Part shown: in pieces, positions 30,652 to 40,244 of the stretch | How positions within the stretch are numbered: position 1 is the stretch's first letter | Layout of the letters: every line of letters begins with the position of its first letter | Assembly (NCBI RefSeq): GCF_902616385.1 | Contig: NZ_CACMSM010000007.1 | Location: 5,869-69,868 of the forward strand | Source: an uncultured Prochlorococcus sp. | Lineage (GTDB): Bacteria > Cyanobacteriota > Cyanobacteriia > PCC-6307 > Cyanobiaceae | Direction of reading: 5' to 3' | Length of the DNA stretch: 64,000 nucleotides | Translations under genes and position numbers: made by a program | Notes under the pieces: model-generated | Told to the model about the DNA's origin: nothing | The model's input: only the letters and a program-made list of their open reading frames with translations | The model's database searches: none

Positions 30652-31155
30652 TTAGTTTTTATTCATACTTTTATTTTTTGAATCTAGGATACGTTCAATC
30701 TTTTCTATTTCAAAATTTACCTCAGAATTACTCAATATGGAACTCAACTCTTCCGTGGGATCTTTTGGATCTACATCTTTTAAAATGAATATTATTTTGT
30801 AAGATTGAAGCTCAATTTTTCTTTTTTTTGAAAGATTCTTAATTTTTTTATTTTTTCTATCATCAAATTTTTTGTTTTCTTTTTCTAAATTTATATCATT
30901 TTTATTTTCTGAAACATTTTTTGGCTTTTCTAACTTTTTAATTTTTTTATTTTTTCTATCATCAAATTTTTTGTTTTCTTTTTCTAAATTTATATCATTT
31001 TTATTTAATAAGTTATTTTGTAAATCTTCATTTTTGCTTGTTTTTTCTAAATCATTAAAACTACTTTCAAGAAAATTTCCAATCCTCCCTCCAGAACATG
31101 ATTGCAAGAAAATTAAAAAAATTAATAAAAAAAATTCTTTTTTTTTAAAAATCAT
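30652..31155 (-). CDS. hypothetical K/N-rich lipoprotein with an internal 33-aa duplication
   Basis: Signal peptide plus lipobox (FLQSCSGG). NKNDINLEKENKKFDDRKNKKIK occurs twice. Confidence 0.5.
   Translation of the reverse strand: MIFKKKEFFLLIFLIFLQSCSGGRIGNFLESSFNDLEKTSKNEDLQNNLLNKNDINLEKENKKFDDRKNKKIKKLEKPKNVSENKNDINLEKENKKFDDRKNKKIKNLSKKRKIELQSYKIIFILKDVDPKDPTEELSSILSNSEVNFEIEKIERILDSKNKSMNKN
30840..31006. repeat. direct repeat: 68 identical nt at 99-nt spacing (in frame, inside the lipoprotein ORF)
   Basis: 30840-30907 is identical to 30939-31006 by base-by-base comparison. Confidence 0.9.
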
Positions 31156-31162
31156 ATTTTTT

Positions 31163-33769
31163 CTAACTTTTCTTTTTCCTGGTAGTTTTTTTATTACTAA
31201 TCTTTGTCTTTTTTAAAATTGAAACCTTTTTATCTTTTAGTTTTTCTTCTAAAAGAGATACTGCGTCATCAATGGTAAATTTTTCTATGTCAGTATCTTT
31301 GGCAATCGAAACATTGGTTTTACCACATTTTAAATAGACCCCATATCTTCCATTTAATATTTGAATTTTTTCTTTAAATTCTTTCGGTTTTCCAAAGTCT
31401 TTAAGTACCTCTTGACCACCTCTACCCATTTTTGGCATCGCAAGAATTTCTAATGCTCGTTCTATATCAACTGTAAAAACATCATCCTCTTTCTTTAAGG
31501 ATCTATTTTCAGATTCATTTTCATTTTTAATCCATTTGATATACGGGCCAAATCTTCCTCTATCAGCCTCGACAACTCCTCCTTCGGGATGAATACCTAA
31601 CAATCTAGGCAAACTTAAAAGTACAAGAGCCTCATCTAGAGTTAGATCATCAGTTTTCAACTCTTTGGGTAATGAAGCTCTTCTTGGTTTAGCTTTATCT
31701 TCATCATTATTTCCCAATTGTACGTAAGGTCCATAAGGGCCAAATCTTAAAAAGACTTTTTCCCCAGTTTTTGGATCAGTCCCAAGATCCGATGGGCCAC
31801 TTAAGATTTGATCAACTTGCTTTATGTCTAAATCTCCAGGAGTAATATCCATTGGAAGATTACCTTTCGCTTGAATTTCATTACCAGATTCATCAATTTT
31901 TGTACCCTCTAGCCAAGGTCCGTTAGAGCCTATTCTGACTACGCAAGGAAGGTCTTCGAAATCAACTTGTCTATAAGCTTTACCATCAATATCACCCTCT
32001 GTTTTCTGAACCTTTACCTCCAAACCATTTTTACCTTTGTAGAAAGTTTCGAGGTACGGTAGCCACTCAAGATTGCCTGAAGATATTTCATCCAATGAAG
32101 ATTCCATTTTTGCAGTAAAAGTAGTATCAACCAGATCAGGGAAATGTTCTTCTAATAGAGCAGTAACAGCAAAAGCAGTAAAAGTTGGAGCCAAAGTATT
32201 AGAAGATATATTCGCATAACCTCTATCAACTATGGTCCCAATAATGCTGGCATAGGTAGAAGGTCTTCCAATCCCCTCTTTTTCAAGAACTTTAACTAAT
32301 GCAGCCTCTGTATATCTTGCAGGAGGTTTAGTTTCATGAAAAGTAGATTCCTTATTAGTAACTTCAAGACATGTTCCAGTTGTTAAGTTTGGGAGAATAA
32401 TTTCTTGTTGTTCAAGGGATGAACTTGGGTCATCACTTCCCTCGACATAAGCTCTGAAGAATCCTGCGAAATCAATACTTTTCCCGCTCGATTTAAATAA
32501 TCCATCCCCTACGCTAATTTCAGCATTAATCATTGTTAACCTAGCTTCCGCCATTTGACTAGCTACAGTTCTTTTCCAAATTAAATCGTAAAGTGATAAG
32601 TCTCTACCAGTTAAATTAGTTTCCTTTGGTGTTTTAAATATCTCACCTGCCGGCCTAATAGCTTCGTGTGCTTCTTGAGCATTTCTTGCAGTTGAATTAA
32701 ATTGTCTTGGTGAGTTAGATAAATATTCTTTTCCATACATAGAACTGACACATTCTCTAGCAGCTCTTGTCGCTTGTTCGGAGAGATGAACTGAATCAGT
32801 TCTCATATATGTTATGAAACCTCTTTCATATAGCCCTTGTGCACATCTCATAGTTTCTCTTGCAGACAAACGAAGCTTCCTATTTGCTTCTTGTTGTAAT
32901 GTGCTAGTTGTAAATGGAGGAACTGGCTTACGAGTGGATGGCTTTTTTTCGATTTTTGAGACTAACCAATCCTCTGAGGAAAAATTCTTCAATAAATCAT
33001 TTACTTGTTCTTCTCCAATTATTAGAGATTTGTTCCCTTCTTTTAATTTACCGGTTTGTTCGTCGAAATCAGAACCGTTAGAAATTCGTTGACCGTTTAA
33101 ACTGAATAATTTAGTTTCGAAAGTAATATTATCTTTTACTAGGGAAGCTTTAATCCCCCAGTAACTAGCTTTTTTAAAGGATCTTCTTTCTCTCTCTCTC
33201 CTAACAAGAAGTCTTACAGAAACTGACTGAACACGACCAGCAGATAATCGGGGGGCTACCTTCTTCCAAAGTAAAGGAGATAATTCATATCCAAAAAGCC
33301 TGTCCAAGATTCTTCTTGTTTCTTGAGCTTGAACAAGTTCCATATCAATTTCTCTTGTTTGGTCTAAAGCTTTATTAATTGCCTTCTTCGTAATTTCATG
33401 AAACACCATTCTCTTAGTTGGTATTTTAGGCTTAAGTATTTGCAGGAGATGCCAGCTAATACTCTCTCCCTCTCTATCTTCATCAGTTGCCAGTAATAGC
33501 TGGGTCGCGCCTTTCAATGCATCTTTCAACTCTTTGACAACCTTTTTCTTATCTTTCGGAACTATATAAAGTGGTTCAAAATCCTCTGATGTATTAACTC
33601 CTATCCTTGACCATTTTTCCTTTTTAACTGCAGCAGGTATTTCAGCAGCTCCTTTTGGAAGATCTCTTACGTGTCCCATTGAAGCGAGAACTTCATAATT
33701 AGAAGGCAAAAACTTTCTTATAGTTTTTGCTTTGGTGGGACTTTCAACAATAACAAGTGTGTGATCCAA
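31163..33769 (-). CDS. topA: DNA topoisomerase I
   Basis: 868 aa with a TOPRIM N-terminus (LVIVESPTKAKTI) and the active-site region ITYMRTDS. Confidence 0.96.
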   Translation of the reverse strand: MDHTLVIVESPTKAKTIRKFLPSNYEVLASMGHVRDLPKGAAEIPAAVKKEKWSRIGVNTSEDFEPLYIVPKDKKKVVKELKDALKGATQLLLATDEDREGESISWHLLQILKPKIPTKRMVFHEITKKAINKALDQTREIDMELVQAQETRRILDRLFGYELSPLLWKKVAPRLSAGRVQSVSVRLLVRRERERRSFKKASYWGIKASLVKDNITFETKLFSLNGQRISNGSDFDEQTGKLKEGNKSLIIGEEQVNDLLKNFSSEDWLVSKIEKKPSTRKPVPPFTTSTLQQEANRKLRLSARETMRCAQGLYERGFITYMRTDSVHLSEQATRAARECVSSMYGKEYLSNSPRQFNSTARNAQEAHEAIRPAGEIFKTPKETNLTGRDLSLYDLIWKRTVASQMAEARLTMINAEISVGDGLFKSSGKSIDFAGFFRAYVEGSDDPSSSLEQQEIILPNLTTGTCLEVTNKESTFHETKPPARYTEAALVKVLEKEGIGRPSTYASIIGTIVDRGYANISSNTLAPTFTAFAVTALLEEHFPDLVDTTFTAKMESSLDEISSGNLEWLPYLETFYKGKNGLEVKVQKTEGDIDGKAYRQVDFEDLPCVVRIGSNGPWLEGTKIDESGNEIQAKGNLPMDITPGDLDIKQVDQILSGPSDLGTDPKTGEKVFLRFGPYGPYVQLGNNDEDKAKPRRASLPKELKTDDLTLDEALVLLSLPRLLGIHPEGGVVEADRGRFGPYIKWIKNENESENRSLKKEDDVFTVDIERALEILAMPKMGRGGQEVLKDFGKPKEFKEKIQILNGRYGVYLKCGKTNVSIAKDTDIEKFTIDDAVSLLEEKLKDKKVSILKKTKISNKKTTRKKKS

Positions 33770-33944
33770 GGTTTATTTCAAAAATTGGTGTTTTTGTTCA
33801 GTTAGGGCATATTATGATTATTTGAAGCTTTTTCAAGTAATTTCTTCTGAAAATTTCAAAAATCATACCCACAAATTATAATCAAGTTAAGATTAACTCT
33901 TAGACCCTTACAATCAAACATCTAATTTAATCCAATTTAATAAA

Positions 33945-35465
33945 GTGCCCAACGAAATCTTTACAATTAATTTAAACGCTCAAGCCATTATTCCAGAGGC
34001 TTTTATTTTACTAGGTATTGTTGGAACACTTCTTGTAGATTTAGCTGGAGAAAAAACTGCATCAAAATGGGCACCAATAATTTGCTATTTATCAATTGGC
34101 AGCTCTCTTGTTAGTTTGGCATTGCAATGGAGTAATCCGGTAGAAAGCGCATTCCTTGGGTCCTTTAATTCAGATAATTTAGCAATCGCATTTAGAGCAA
34201 TAATAGCTTTATCAACTCTAGTTTCTTTACTTATAAGTTGGCGGTATACAGAGCAAAGTGGGAGCCCTATTGGTGAGTTTGCAGCAATAGTTCTTTCTGC
34301 AACTCTTGGGGCAATGCTTTTGTGTGGATCTACTGACCTTATTAGTGTATTTATATCTCTGGAAACTTTATCTGTAGCAAGCTACTTACTTTCTGGTTAC
34401 CTCAAGAGAGATCCAAGAAGTTCAGAAGCGGCCTTAAAATACCTTCTTGTTGGATCAGCTGCTGCTGCTGTTTATTTGTATGGATCCTCTTTTCTTTATG
34501 GATTAAGTGGTTCAACAAACTTAGCGACAATAGGCTTAGAGATTATCAATAAGCCATCCTTCATTACTTCACTAGCTCTTGTATTTGTCTTATCAACAGT
34601 TGCATTTAAAATTGCTGCTGTTCCCTTTCATCAATGGACTCCTGATGTATATGAGGGTTCACCTACTCCCGTAGTAGCTTTTTTATCTGTTGGTTCAAAA
34701 ACAGCGGGCTTTGCATTTGCAATAAGAATATTAAGCACAACTTTTTCTTCTTTTGACGAAGAATGGAAACTTTTATTTACCATTTTGGCCATATTAAGCA
34801 TGGCTCTAGGAAATGTTGTAGCTCTAGCTCAAACCTCAATGAAAAGGATGCTAGCTTACAGTTCTATAGGACAAGCCGGATTTGTAATGATTGGAATAGT
34901 ATCTGGTACACAAGATGGTTTATCAGCAGCTGTTTTATACTTAGCTGCATATTTGTTTATGAATTTGGGTGCATTTTCTTGTGTCATACTTTTCTCACTA
35001 AGAACTGGTTCTGACAGAATTCTTGATTACTCAGGACTTTACCAAAAAGATCCTCTCATTACATTAGGCTTAAGCCTTTGTCTTCTATCTCTTGGAGGGT
35101 TACCTCCAATGTTAGGATTTTTTGGAAAGATATACTTGTTCTTTGCAGGTTGGGCAAATCATCAATATCTATTAGTAATAGTTGGATTAGTAACTTCAGT
35201 TATATCTATTTATTACTACATTTCAGTGATAAAAATGATGGTAGTTAAAGAACCACAGGAAGCTTCTGAAATAGTCAAATCATATCCTGAAATTAATTGG
35301 GGGATTGTAGGATTACCTCCCTTGAGAATTGCACTTTATACTTGTGTCGCAGTAACTGCTCTTGGAGGAATCCTTTCTAATCCTCTTTTTAAATTAGCTA
35401 ATACAGCAGTTTCAGAAACTCCTTTCTTACAAGATATTATTGCTACAGCAAACAATATTTCCTAG
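33945..35465 (+). CDS. ndhB: NAD(P)H-quinone oxidoreductase subunit 2 (NDH-1 subunit B)
   Basis: 506-aa polytopic antiporter-like subunit. Uses a GTG start. Confidence 0.93.
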   Translation: MPNEIFTINLNAQAIIPEAFILLGIVGTLLVDLAGEKTASKWAPIICYLSIGSSLVSLALQWSNPVESAFLGSFNSDNLAIAFRAIIALSTLVSLLISWRYTEQSGSPIGEFAAIVLSATLGAMLLCGSTDLISVFISLETLSVASYLLSGYLKRDPRSSEAALKYLLVGSAAAAVYLYGSSFLYGLSGSTNLATIGLEIINKPSFITSLALVFVLSTVAFKIAAVPFHQWTPDVYEGSPTPVVAFLSVGSKTAGFAFAIRILSTTFSSFDEEWKLLFTILAILSMALGNVVALAQTSMKRMLAYSSIGQAGFVMIGIVSGTQDGLSAAVLYLAAYLFMNLGAFSCVILFSLRTGSDRILDYSGLYQKDPLITLGLSLCLLSLGGLPPMLGFFGKIYLFFAGWANHQYLLVIVGLVTSVISIYYYISVIKMMVVKEPQEASEIVKSYPEINWGIVGLPPLRIALYTCVAVTALGGILSNPLFKLANTAVSETPFLQDIIATANNIS

Positions 35466-35481
35466 AAGAATTCTTCAATAA

Positions 35482-36168
35482 ATGTCTAAGAAAGTCGCTA
35501 GTTTAGAAAATATATCTAAAACATATGGGAAAGAAGATCTAACTGTTAAAGCCTTAGACAGCATAAACTTAGAAATTTATAAAGGTGATTATTTAGCTGT
35601 AATGGGAGCAAGTGGCTCAGGCAAAAGTACAGCTATGAATATTATTGGATGTCTAGATAGACCATCTGAAGGTATTTATAAATTAAATGGTATTCCTGTT
35701 GAGAATTTATCTGATGATGAGCTCGCGGAAATACGCAACCAAAAATTAGGCTTCGTTTTTCAACAATTTCATCTTCTTTCAGACGCAACTGCACTTGAAA
35801 ACGTAACTTTGCCAATGATTTATGCTGGTATTGAGCCTGAACAAAGATTAGAGCGAGGTAAGAATGCCTTAAAAAAAGTTGGCCTTTCAGAAAGAATGAA
35901 TAATCGCCCAAACCAATTATCCGGAGGTCAACAACAACGAGTTGCTATAGCTAGGGCTATTATCAATAACCCCGCAATTTTGTTAGCAGACGAACCTACT
36001 GGAGCACTGGATTCAAAAACCACTGAAGATGTATTAGATCTTTTTGACAAACTGCATGAATCTGGAATAACTATAGTTTTAGTTACGCATGAAGATGAAG
36101 TTGCAAATCGCGCAAAAAAAATAGCCAGATTTAAGGATGGAAGAATAGTTGAATTAAAAGTTAATTAA
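35482..36168 (+). CDS. ABC transporter ATP-binding protein (LolD/MacB/DevA-like)
   Basis: GASGSGKST, LSGGQQQRVAIARA and LLADEPTGALD motifs. Confidence 0.88.
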   Translation: MSKKVASLENISKTYGKEDLTVKALDSINLEIYKGDYLAVMGASGSGKSTAMNIIGCLDRPSEGIYKLNGIPVENLSDDELAEIRNQKLGFVFQQFHLLSDATALENVTLPMIYAGIEPEQRLERGKNALKKVGLSERMNNRPNQLSGGQQQRVAIARAIINNPAILLADEPTGALDSKTTEDVLDLFDKLHESGITIVLVTHEDEVANRAKKIARFKDGRIVELKVN

Positions 36169-36170
36169 AT

Positions 36171-36920
36171 TCAAAACCTTCTAATTACCTTCAGTTGAGT
36201 TTCATTTTCAATTCTTAAATTCCCATTCGAATCAATATCTCTAATTTTCCATGAATTAGGACAATAACCACTAGGTAAAAAACTTTTAGTAAGAAACTTA
36301 TTTGCAGATTGAATCACATATTCTTTTTTCTTATTACATTCAATTGCATCATAAAAAGCTTTAAGAACTTTGGCTGTCCAATAATGATGATTAATATTTT
36401 TAGCTTGAAGTACCTTTGATAGTGAAATACCTTCTGATGGAGTGTAATTTAAAACATTCATGCCAAGTCCTATTCTTACGTAGATAATTTCTTTACCTCT
36501 TGTTATTACCCTTGGTAAAAATCCAATCAACTTTTTTGAACCAAAAAAAATATCATTTGGCCATTTCAAACAAACATTTACATTCTCTTGTCTAAGCATT
36601 TCACATAACTTAATACCTAAAGATAAATTAAATATTTGAAATGCAAATTCTTTTGAAAATATTGGGTATGCTGCACTTAACCAAATCCCGCCTTTTGGAG
36701 AAACCCAAGTTTTTGAGTTTTGGCCAACCCCTGAGAACTGTTCTCTTGCGATTATCGCTACTGGCTGGTTTTTCTTTATTTCAGAATATTCAAGCAAGTT
36801 TGTTAGCTCATTTTCGGTACTTTTACATTTTATTTTGTAATGAAGTGTCCAGGTTGGATATTGACCCTGAATTTTTTTTAAATAAAAAACTGTCTTAGCT
36901 GCAGGTCCAATAACTTTCAC
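36171..36920 (-). CDS. birA: biotin--[acetyl-CoA-carboxylase] ligase (no N-terminal HTH)
   Basis: GVGQNSKTWVSPKGGIWLS, matching the GRGRxGRxW-type motif, and KWPNDI. Confidence 0.8.
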   Translation of the reverse strand: MKVIGPAAKTVFYLKKIQGQYPTWTLHYKIKCKSTENELTNLLEYSEIKKNQPVAIIAREQFSGVGQNSKTWVSPKGGIWLSAAYPIFSKEFAFQIFNLSLGIKLCEMLRQENVNVCLKWPNDIFFGSKKLIGFLPRVITRGKEIIYVRIGLGMNVLNYTPSEGISLSKVLQAKNINHHYWTAKVLKAFYDAIECNKKKEYVIQSANKFLTKSFLPSGYCPNSWKIRDIDSNGNLRIENETQLKVIRRF

Positions 36921-36995
36921 AAATTCTTTATTAAAACAACGAGCATCTTTTTAAAGATTAGATTAACTTTAGTCTTAATAAGTAAATTTTACAAA

Positions 36996-37481
36996 TTGGA
37001 CAAAAAGTATTTGCCAATAGTGAATAGAAGGAATCCCCATCCTTTAAAAAATTGTCTTGATAATTTTAAAAAATCCTGCGGTGATTTAGATAAACTCTCT
37101 AAAATCAACGAAAACTGGAAGAACTTAATCGGCTTAGAACTATTTCAAGAATGTAAACCATTAAATATTGAAAAAAAAATACTTACTATTGCAGTAAATC
37201 ATCCACAGTGGCGCCAAGCTTTAATCTATAACAAGCATAAATTGAAAGAGAGCATCGAGAAAATTGGAATAACTTTGAATGAAATAAAAATAATACAAAA
37301 TTATGAAATTAAAAATAAAAATATCAAAGCTACTAATGCAAAGATAGTTTGGGCAAAGCATCCAAGCAGAATCAATCAAAATAATATGTGCATTTGTACC
37401 CTTTGTAATGCCCCTACTCCTGAGGGCGAAATCAAAAGATGGGGAAAGTGTTCTTTTTGTTGGAGAAAAATAAAAAACTAA
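36996..37481 (+). CDS. DUF721-like protein with C-terminal zinc ribbon
   Basis: 161 aa with a C-terminal CTLC..(13)..CSFC motif. Confidence 0.55.
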   Translation: MDKKYLPIVNRRNPHPLKNCLDNFKKSCGDLDKLSKINENWKNLIGLELFQECKPLNIEKKILTIAVNHPQWRQALIYNKHKLKESIEKIGITLNEIKIIQNYEIKNKNIKATNAKIVWAKHPSRINQNNMCICTLCNAPTPEGEIKRWGKCSFCWRKIKN

Positions 37482-37486
37482 ATTCT

Positions 37487-38188
37487 TTATTTAGTTAAAA
37501 TTAGTATTCCCATTTGCCCGCCCAAAATAGTCCTATATTCAGCTTTTTTAAATCCAACTTCCTTAGCAATATTTATAAGCTCATTTTTCTTTGGAAAATT
37601 ACTAATACTTTTTTCAATATATGCGTACTCTGGACCTAAATTAAAAAGCCGCGAAATGGTTACTACAATAAATCTCAAATAAATTTTCTGAAAAATATTG
37701 GCCAAAGAATTTCTTGTTGAGTGATTAAAATCCAAAAATCCTGCCCTTCCCTTATCCTTTAAAAGATCAAAAACTTTTTTTATTCCTTCTTCAACATTAT
37801 TCAAGTTTCTAAGTCCATATGACATGCAAATCCCATCAAAATTTTTTGAATAATCATTAATTTCTAATACATCTTTAATTTCCCACTTTATAAATTTATT
37901 TTTTTTAAGCTCTGATTTTTTTTTTGCAATATTTAAGATATCATCTGCACTGTCAATACCAGTAATTGAACCTCTTGGGCTAACTCTCTCAGAAATTAAG
38001 AATGCTAAATCTCCAGTTCCACAGCATAAATCAGCCCAATCTTCACCATTTAAAGGTTCCAATAAATTAATTAATTTCCTTTTCCATAATCTGTGCAACC
38101 CAAAACTTAATAGATTATTTAAAAAGTCATATTTATAAGAAATTTTATTAAATATATTTTTGACTTCGATAGTTTTTGTGAATTTCAT
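37487..38188 (-). CDS. menG: demethylphylloquinone/menaquinone methyltransferase (UbiE/MenG family)
   Basis: YDFLNNLLSFGLHRLWKR plus the SAM-binding motif DLCCGTGD. Confidence 0.85.
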   Translation of the reverse strand: MKFTKTIEVKNIFNKISYKYDFLNNLLSFGLHRLWKRKLINLLEPLNGEDWADLCCGTGDLAFLISERVSPRGSITGIDSADDILNIAKKKSELKKNKFIKWEIKDVLEINDYSKNFDGICMSYGLRNLNNVEEGIKKVFDLLKDKGRAGFLDFNHSTRNSLANIFQKIYLRFIVVTISRLFNLGPEYAYIEKSISNFPKKNELINIAKEVGFKKAEYRTILGGQMGILILTK

Positions 38189-38233
38189 TTTTAAATCTTT
38201 AACTTATTTCTTTTTGGTATTAAATTAAATTTT

Positions 38234-39004
38234 TTATTCATATGGTCTTATTGGAAGATTTTTTTCGAGAAGGAAAGTTTTTATTTCTTGTAGAGTAAGT
38301 TTCTTATCATGAAGTAGTGATGCTAAAAGTGCAGCAGATGCCCTGCCTTCATTGAAAACATCATAGATATCTTCTAAACAACCTGCCCCTCCAGAAGCAA
38401 TCACTGGGATATCAACAATATTTGCAACAGATTCTGTCAAATTTAAATCATATCCATTCTGTGTTCCATCACCATCCATTGAAGTAAGTAATATTTCCCC
38501 TGCGCCTAATTCCTCAACTTTCTTTGCCCAACTTAATACATCTATACCAGTATTTTCTCTACCTCCTTTTACATATACCTCCCATTCATCACTCTTATTA
38601 ACTTTTCTTTTAGCATCAATTGCTATAACGATGCATTGATTACCAAATTCTCTAGAACTTTTGGAAATTAAATCTGGATTTCTAACAGCAGAAGAATTCA
38701 AACTCACTTTGTCCGCTCCAGCTCTTAAAAGATCATTAATAGAAGAAACAGAATCTATACCTCCACCTACTGTAAAAGGAATTTTTACTGATTTTGCTGT
38801 CCTAGAAACAAGGTCAACTAATGTATTCCTATTTTCCACGCTTGCTCTAATATCTAAAAATACCAATTCATCTGCGCCTTCATCAGAGTACCTACAAGCC
38901 AATTCAACAGGATCACCTGAGTCTCTTAAGTTAACAAAATTTACACCTTTAACGACTCTGCCATTGGCGACATCTAAACAAGGAATTAAACGAAGAGCTA
39001 CCAT
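38234..39004 (-). CDS. hisF: imidazole glycerol phosphate synthase cyclase subunit
   Basis: [15 protein letters not shown]-terminus and an overall HisF pattern. Length is 256 aa. Confidence 0.96.
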   Translation of the reverse strand: MVALRLIPCLDVANGRVVKGVNFVNLRDSGDPVELACRYSDEGADELVFLDIRASVENRNTLVDLVSRTAKSVKIPFTVGGGIDSVSSINDLLRAGADKVSLNSSAVRNPDLISKSSREFGNQCIVIAIDAKRKVNKSDEWEVYVKGGRENTGIDVLSWAKKVEELGAGEILLTSMDGDGTQNGYDLNLTESVANIVDIPVIASGGAGCLEDIYDVFNEGRASAALLASLLHDKKLTLQEIKTFLLEKNLPIRPYE

Positions 39005-39063
39005 TTTAGTAAAAATTGTCCAAATGCTGTTAATCTTGCATAATAGCTTCCATTTTACCTCTT

Positions 39064-39288
39064 ATGGCTGAAACAAAATTATTACCCAAAATCGGTAGTA
39101 AAATTAAAATTAACATTAACAAAGTAAAAGATAGAATACCTGCTAAATTAATTGATCAAATATCCTCTAATCCAAAAGCCGTAATAACAGGCTATAAAAT
39201 GACAGATGGCAGAAGTATTGGGATCACCGCAAAATTTCAGAATGGTGAGCAAAATTGGTTTTTCCCAGAAGAAATTGAGAAAGGTTAA
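39064..39288 (+). CDS. conserved cyanobacterial hypothetical protein (DUF2862-like)
   Basis: 74-aa ORF. The family call is from memory only. Confidence 0.5.
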   Translation: MAETKLLPKIGSKIKININKVKDRIPAKLIDQISSNPKAVITGYKMTDGRSIGITAKFQNGEQNWFFPEEIEKG

Positions 39289-39296
39289 AGAGTAAA

Positions 39297-40244
39297 GTGA
39301 ATGATCCAAAACAACTATTAGGAATTAAGGGTGCCTCTGAAACATCAAGCATATGGAAACTCCGGATACAGTTAATGAAACCCATAACGTGGATCCCTTT
39401 GATATGGGGGGTTATTTGTGGAGCAGCTGCAAGTGGGAATTTTGAATGGACATTTAGTAATGTTCTAGCTTCATTGGCATGTATGTTGATGAGTGGACCA
39501 CTTTTGGCTGGTTATACCCAAACCATAAATGATTTTTTTGATAAAGAAATTGATGCAATTAATGAACCAAATAGACCAATTCCTTCTGGCAAAATTTCAA
39601 TTAAAGATGTAAAAATACAAATCTGGGTATTACTTATAGCTGGTTTAATAGTTGCTTTTCTATTAGATTTATATGCTAAGCACAGCTTCCCCTCCGTCTT
39701 ACTTTTGGCATTAGGAGGTTCCTTTGTTAGTTATATATATTCTGCTCCACCACTTAAATTAAAACAGAATGGTTGGCTTGGAAATTACGCATTAGGAGCA
39801 TCTTATATAGCTTTACCTTGGTGGGCAGGACAAGCCTTGTTTGGGAAATTAACTATCGTGACGGCGATACTAACACTTGCTTATAGTCTCTCAGGACTTG
39901 GAATTGCCGTTATTAATGATTTCAAAAGTGTTGAAGGAGACTCAAAGCTAGGCTTAAATTCTCTACCAGTAGTATTTGGAATTAAAAATGCAAGTAGAAT
40001 AAGTGCAGGACTAATTGACATTTTTCAATTAGCAATGGTTGTAGTATTAGTCATTATTGGTCAACATTTAGCCTCTGTAATTTTGGTTTTATTGGTAATT
40101 CCACAAATTACATTTCAAGATATGTGGTTACTAAGAGATCCTTTAAAGTTTGATGTCAAATATCAAGCAAGTGCCCAACCGTTCCTAATAACTGGAATGT
40201 TAGTTACAGCTCTAGCGATAGGACATAGTTTTTTAGTTGCTTAA
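39297..40244 (+). CDS. chlG: chlorophyll synthase
   Basis: UbiA-family protein with NDFFDKEIDAINEPNRPIPSG. Uses a GTG start. Confidence 0.9.
   Translation: MNDPKQLLGIKGASETSSIWKLRIQLMKPITWIPLIWGVICGAAASGNFEWTFSNVLASLACMLMSGPLLAGYTQTINDFFDKEIDAINEPNRPIPSGKISIKDVKIQIWVLLIAGLIVAFLLDLYAKHSFPSVLLLALGGSFVSYIYSAPPLKLKQNGWLGNYALGASYIALPWWAGQALFGKLTIVTAILTLAYSLSGLGIAVINDFKSVEGDSKLGLNSLPVVFGIKNASRISAGLIDIFQLAMVVVLVIIGQHLASVILVLLVIPQITFQDMWLLRDPLKFDVKYQASAQPFLITGMLVTALAIGHSFLVA

Noticed and set aside
30840-31006. Possible CRISPR-like or mobile-element repeat
   Set aside because: There are only two copies at exactly 33-codon spacing inside one ORF. No further repeats, no spacer structure and no cas or transposase genes are present, so this is an in-frame coding duplication.
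38661-39071. 136-aa plus-strand ORF antisense to hisF, with similar long antisense ORFs at 62717-63133 (queA), 63290-63628 (E2), 30872-31216 (lipoprotein), 32814-33092 (topA) and 52947-53228 (arsM)
   Set aside because: Each lies wholly inside a confidently assigned gene on the other strand. Their products are Ser/Leu/Phe-rich, as expected from the reverse complement of AT-rich coding sequence.
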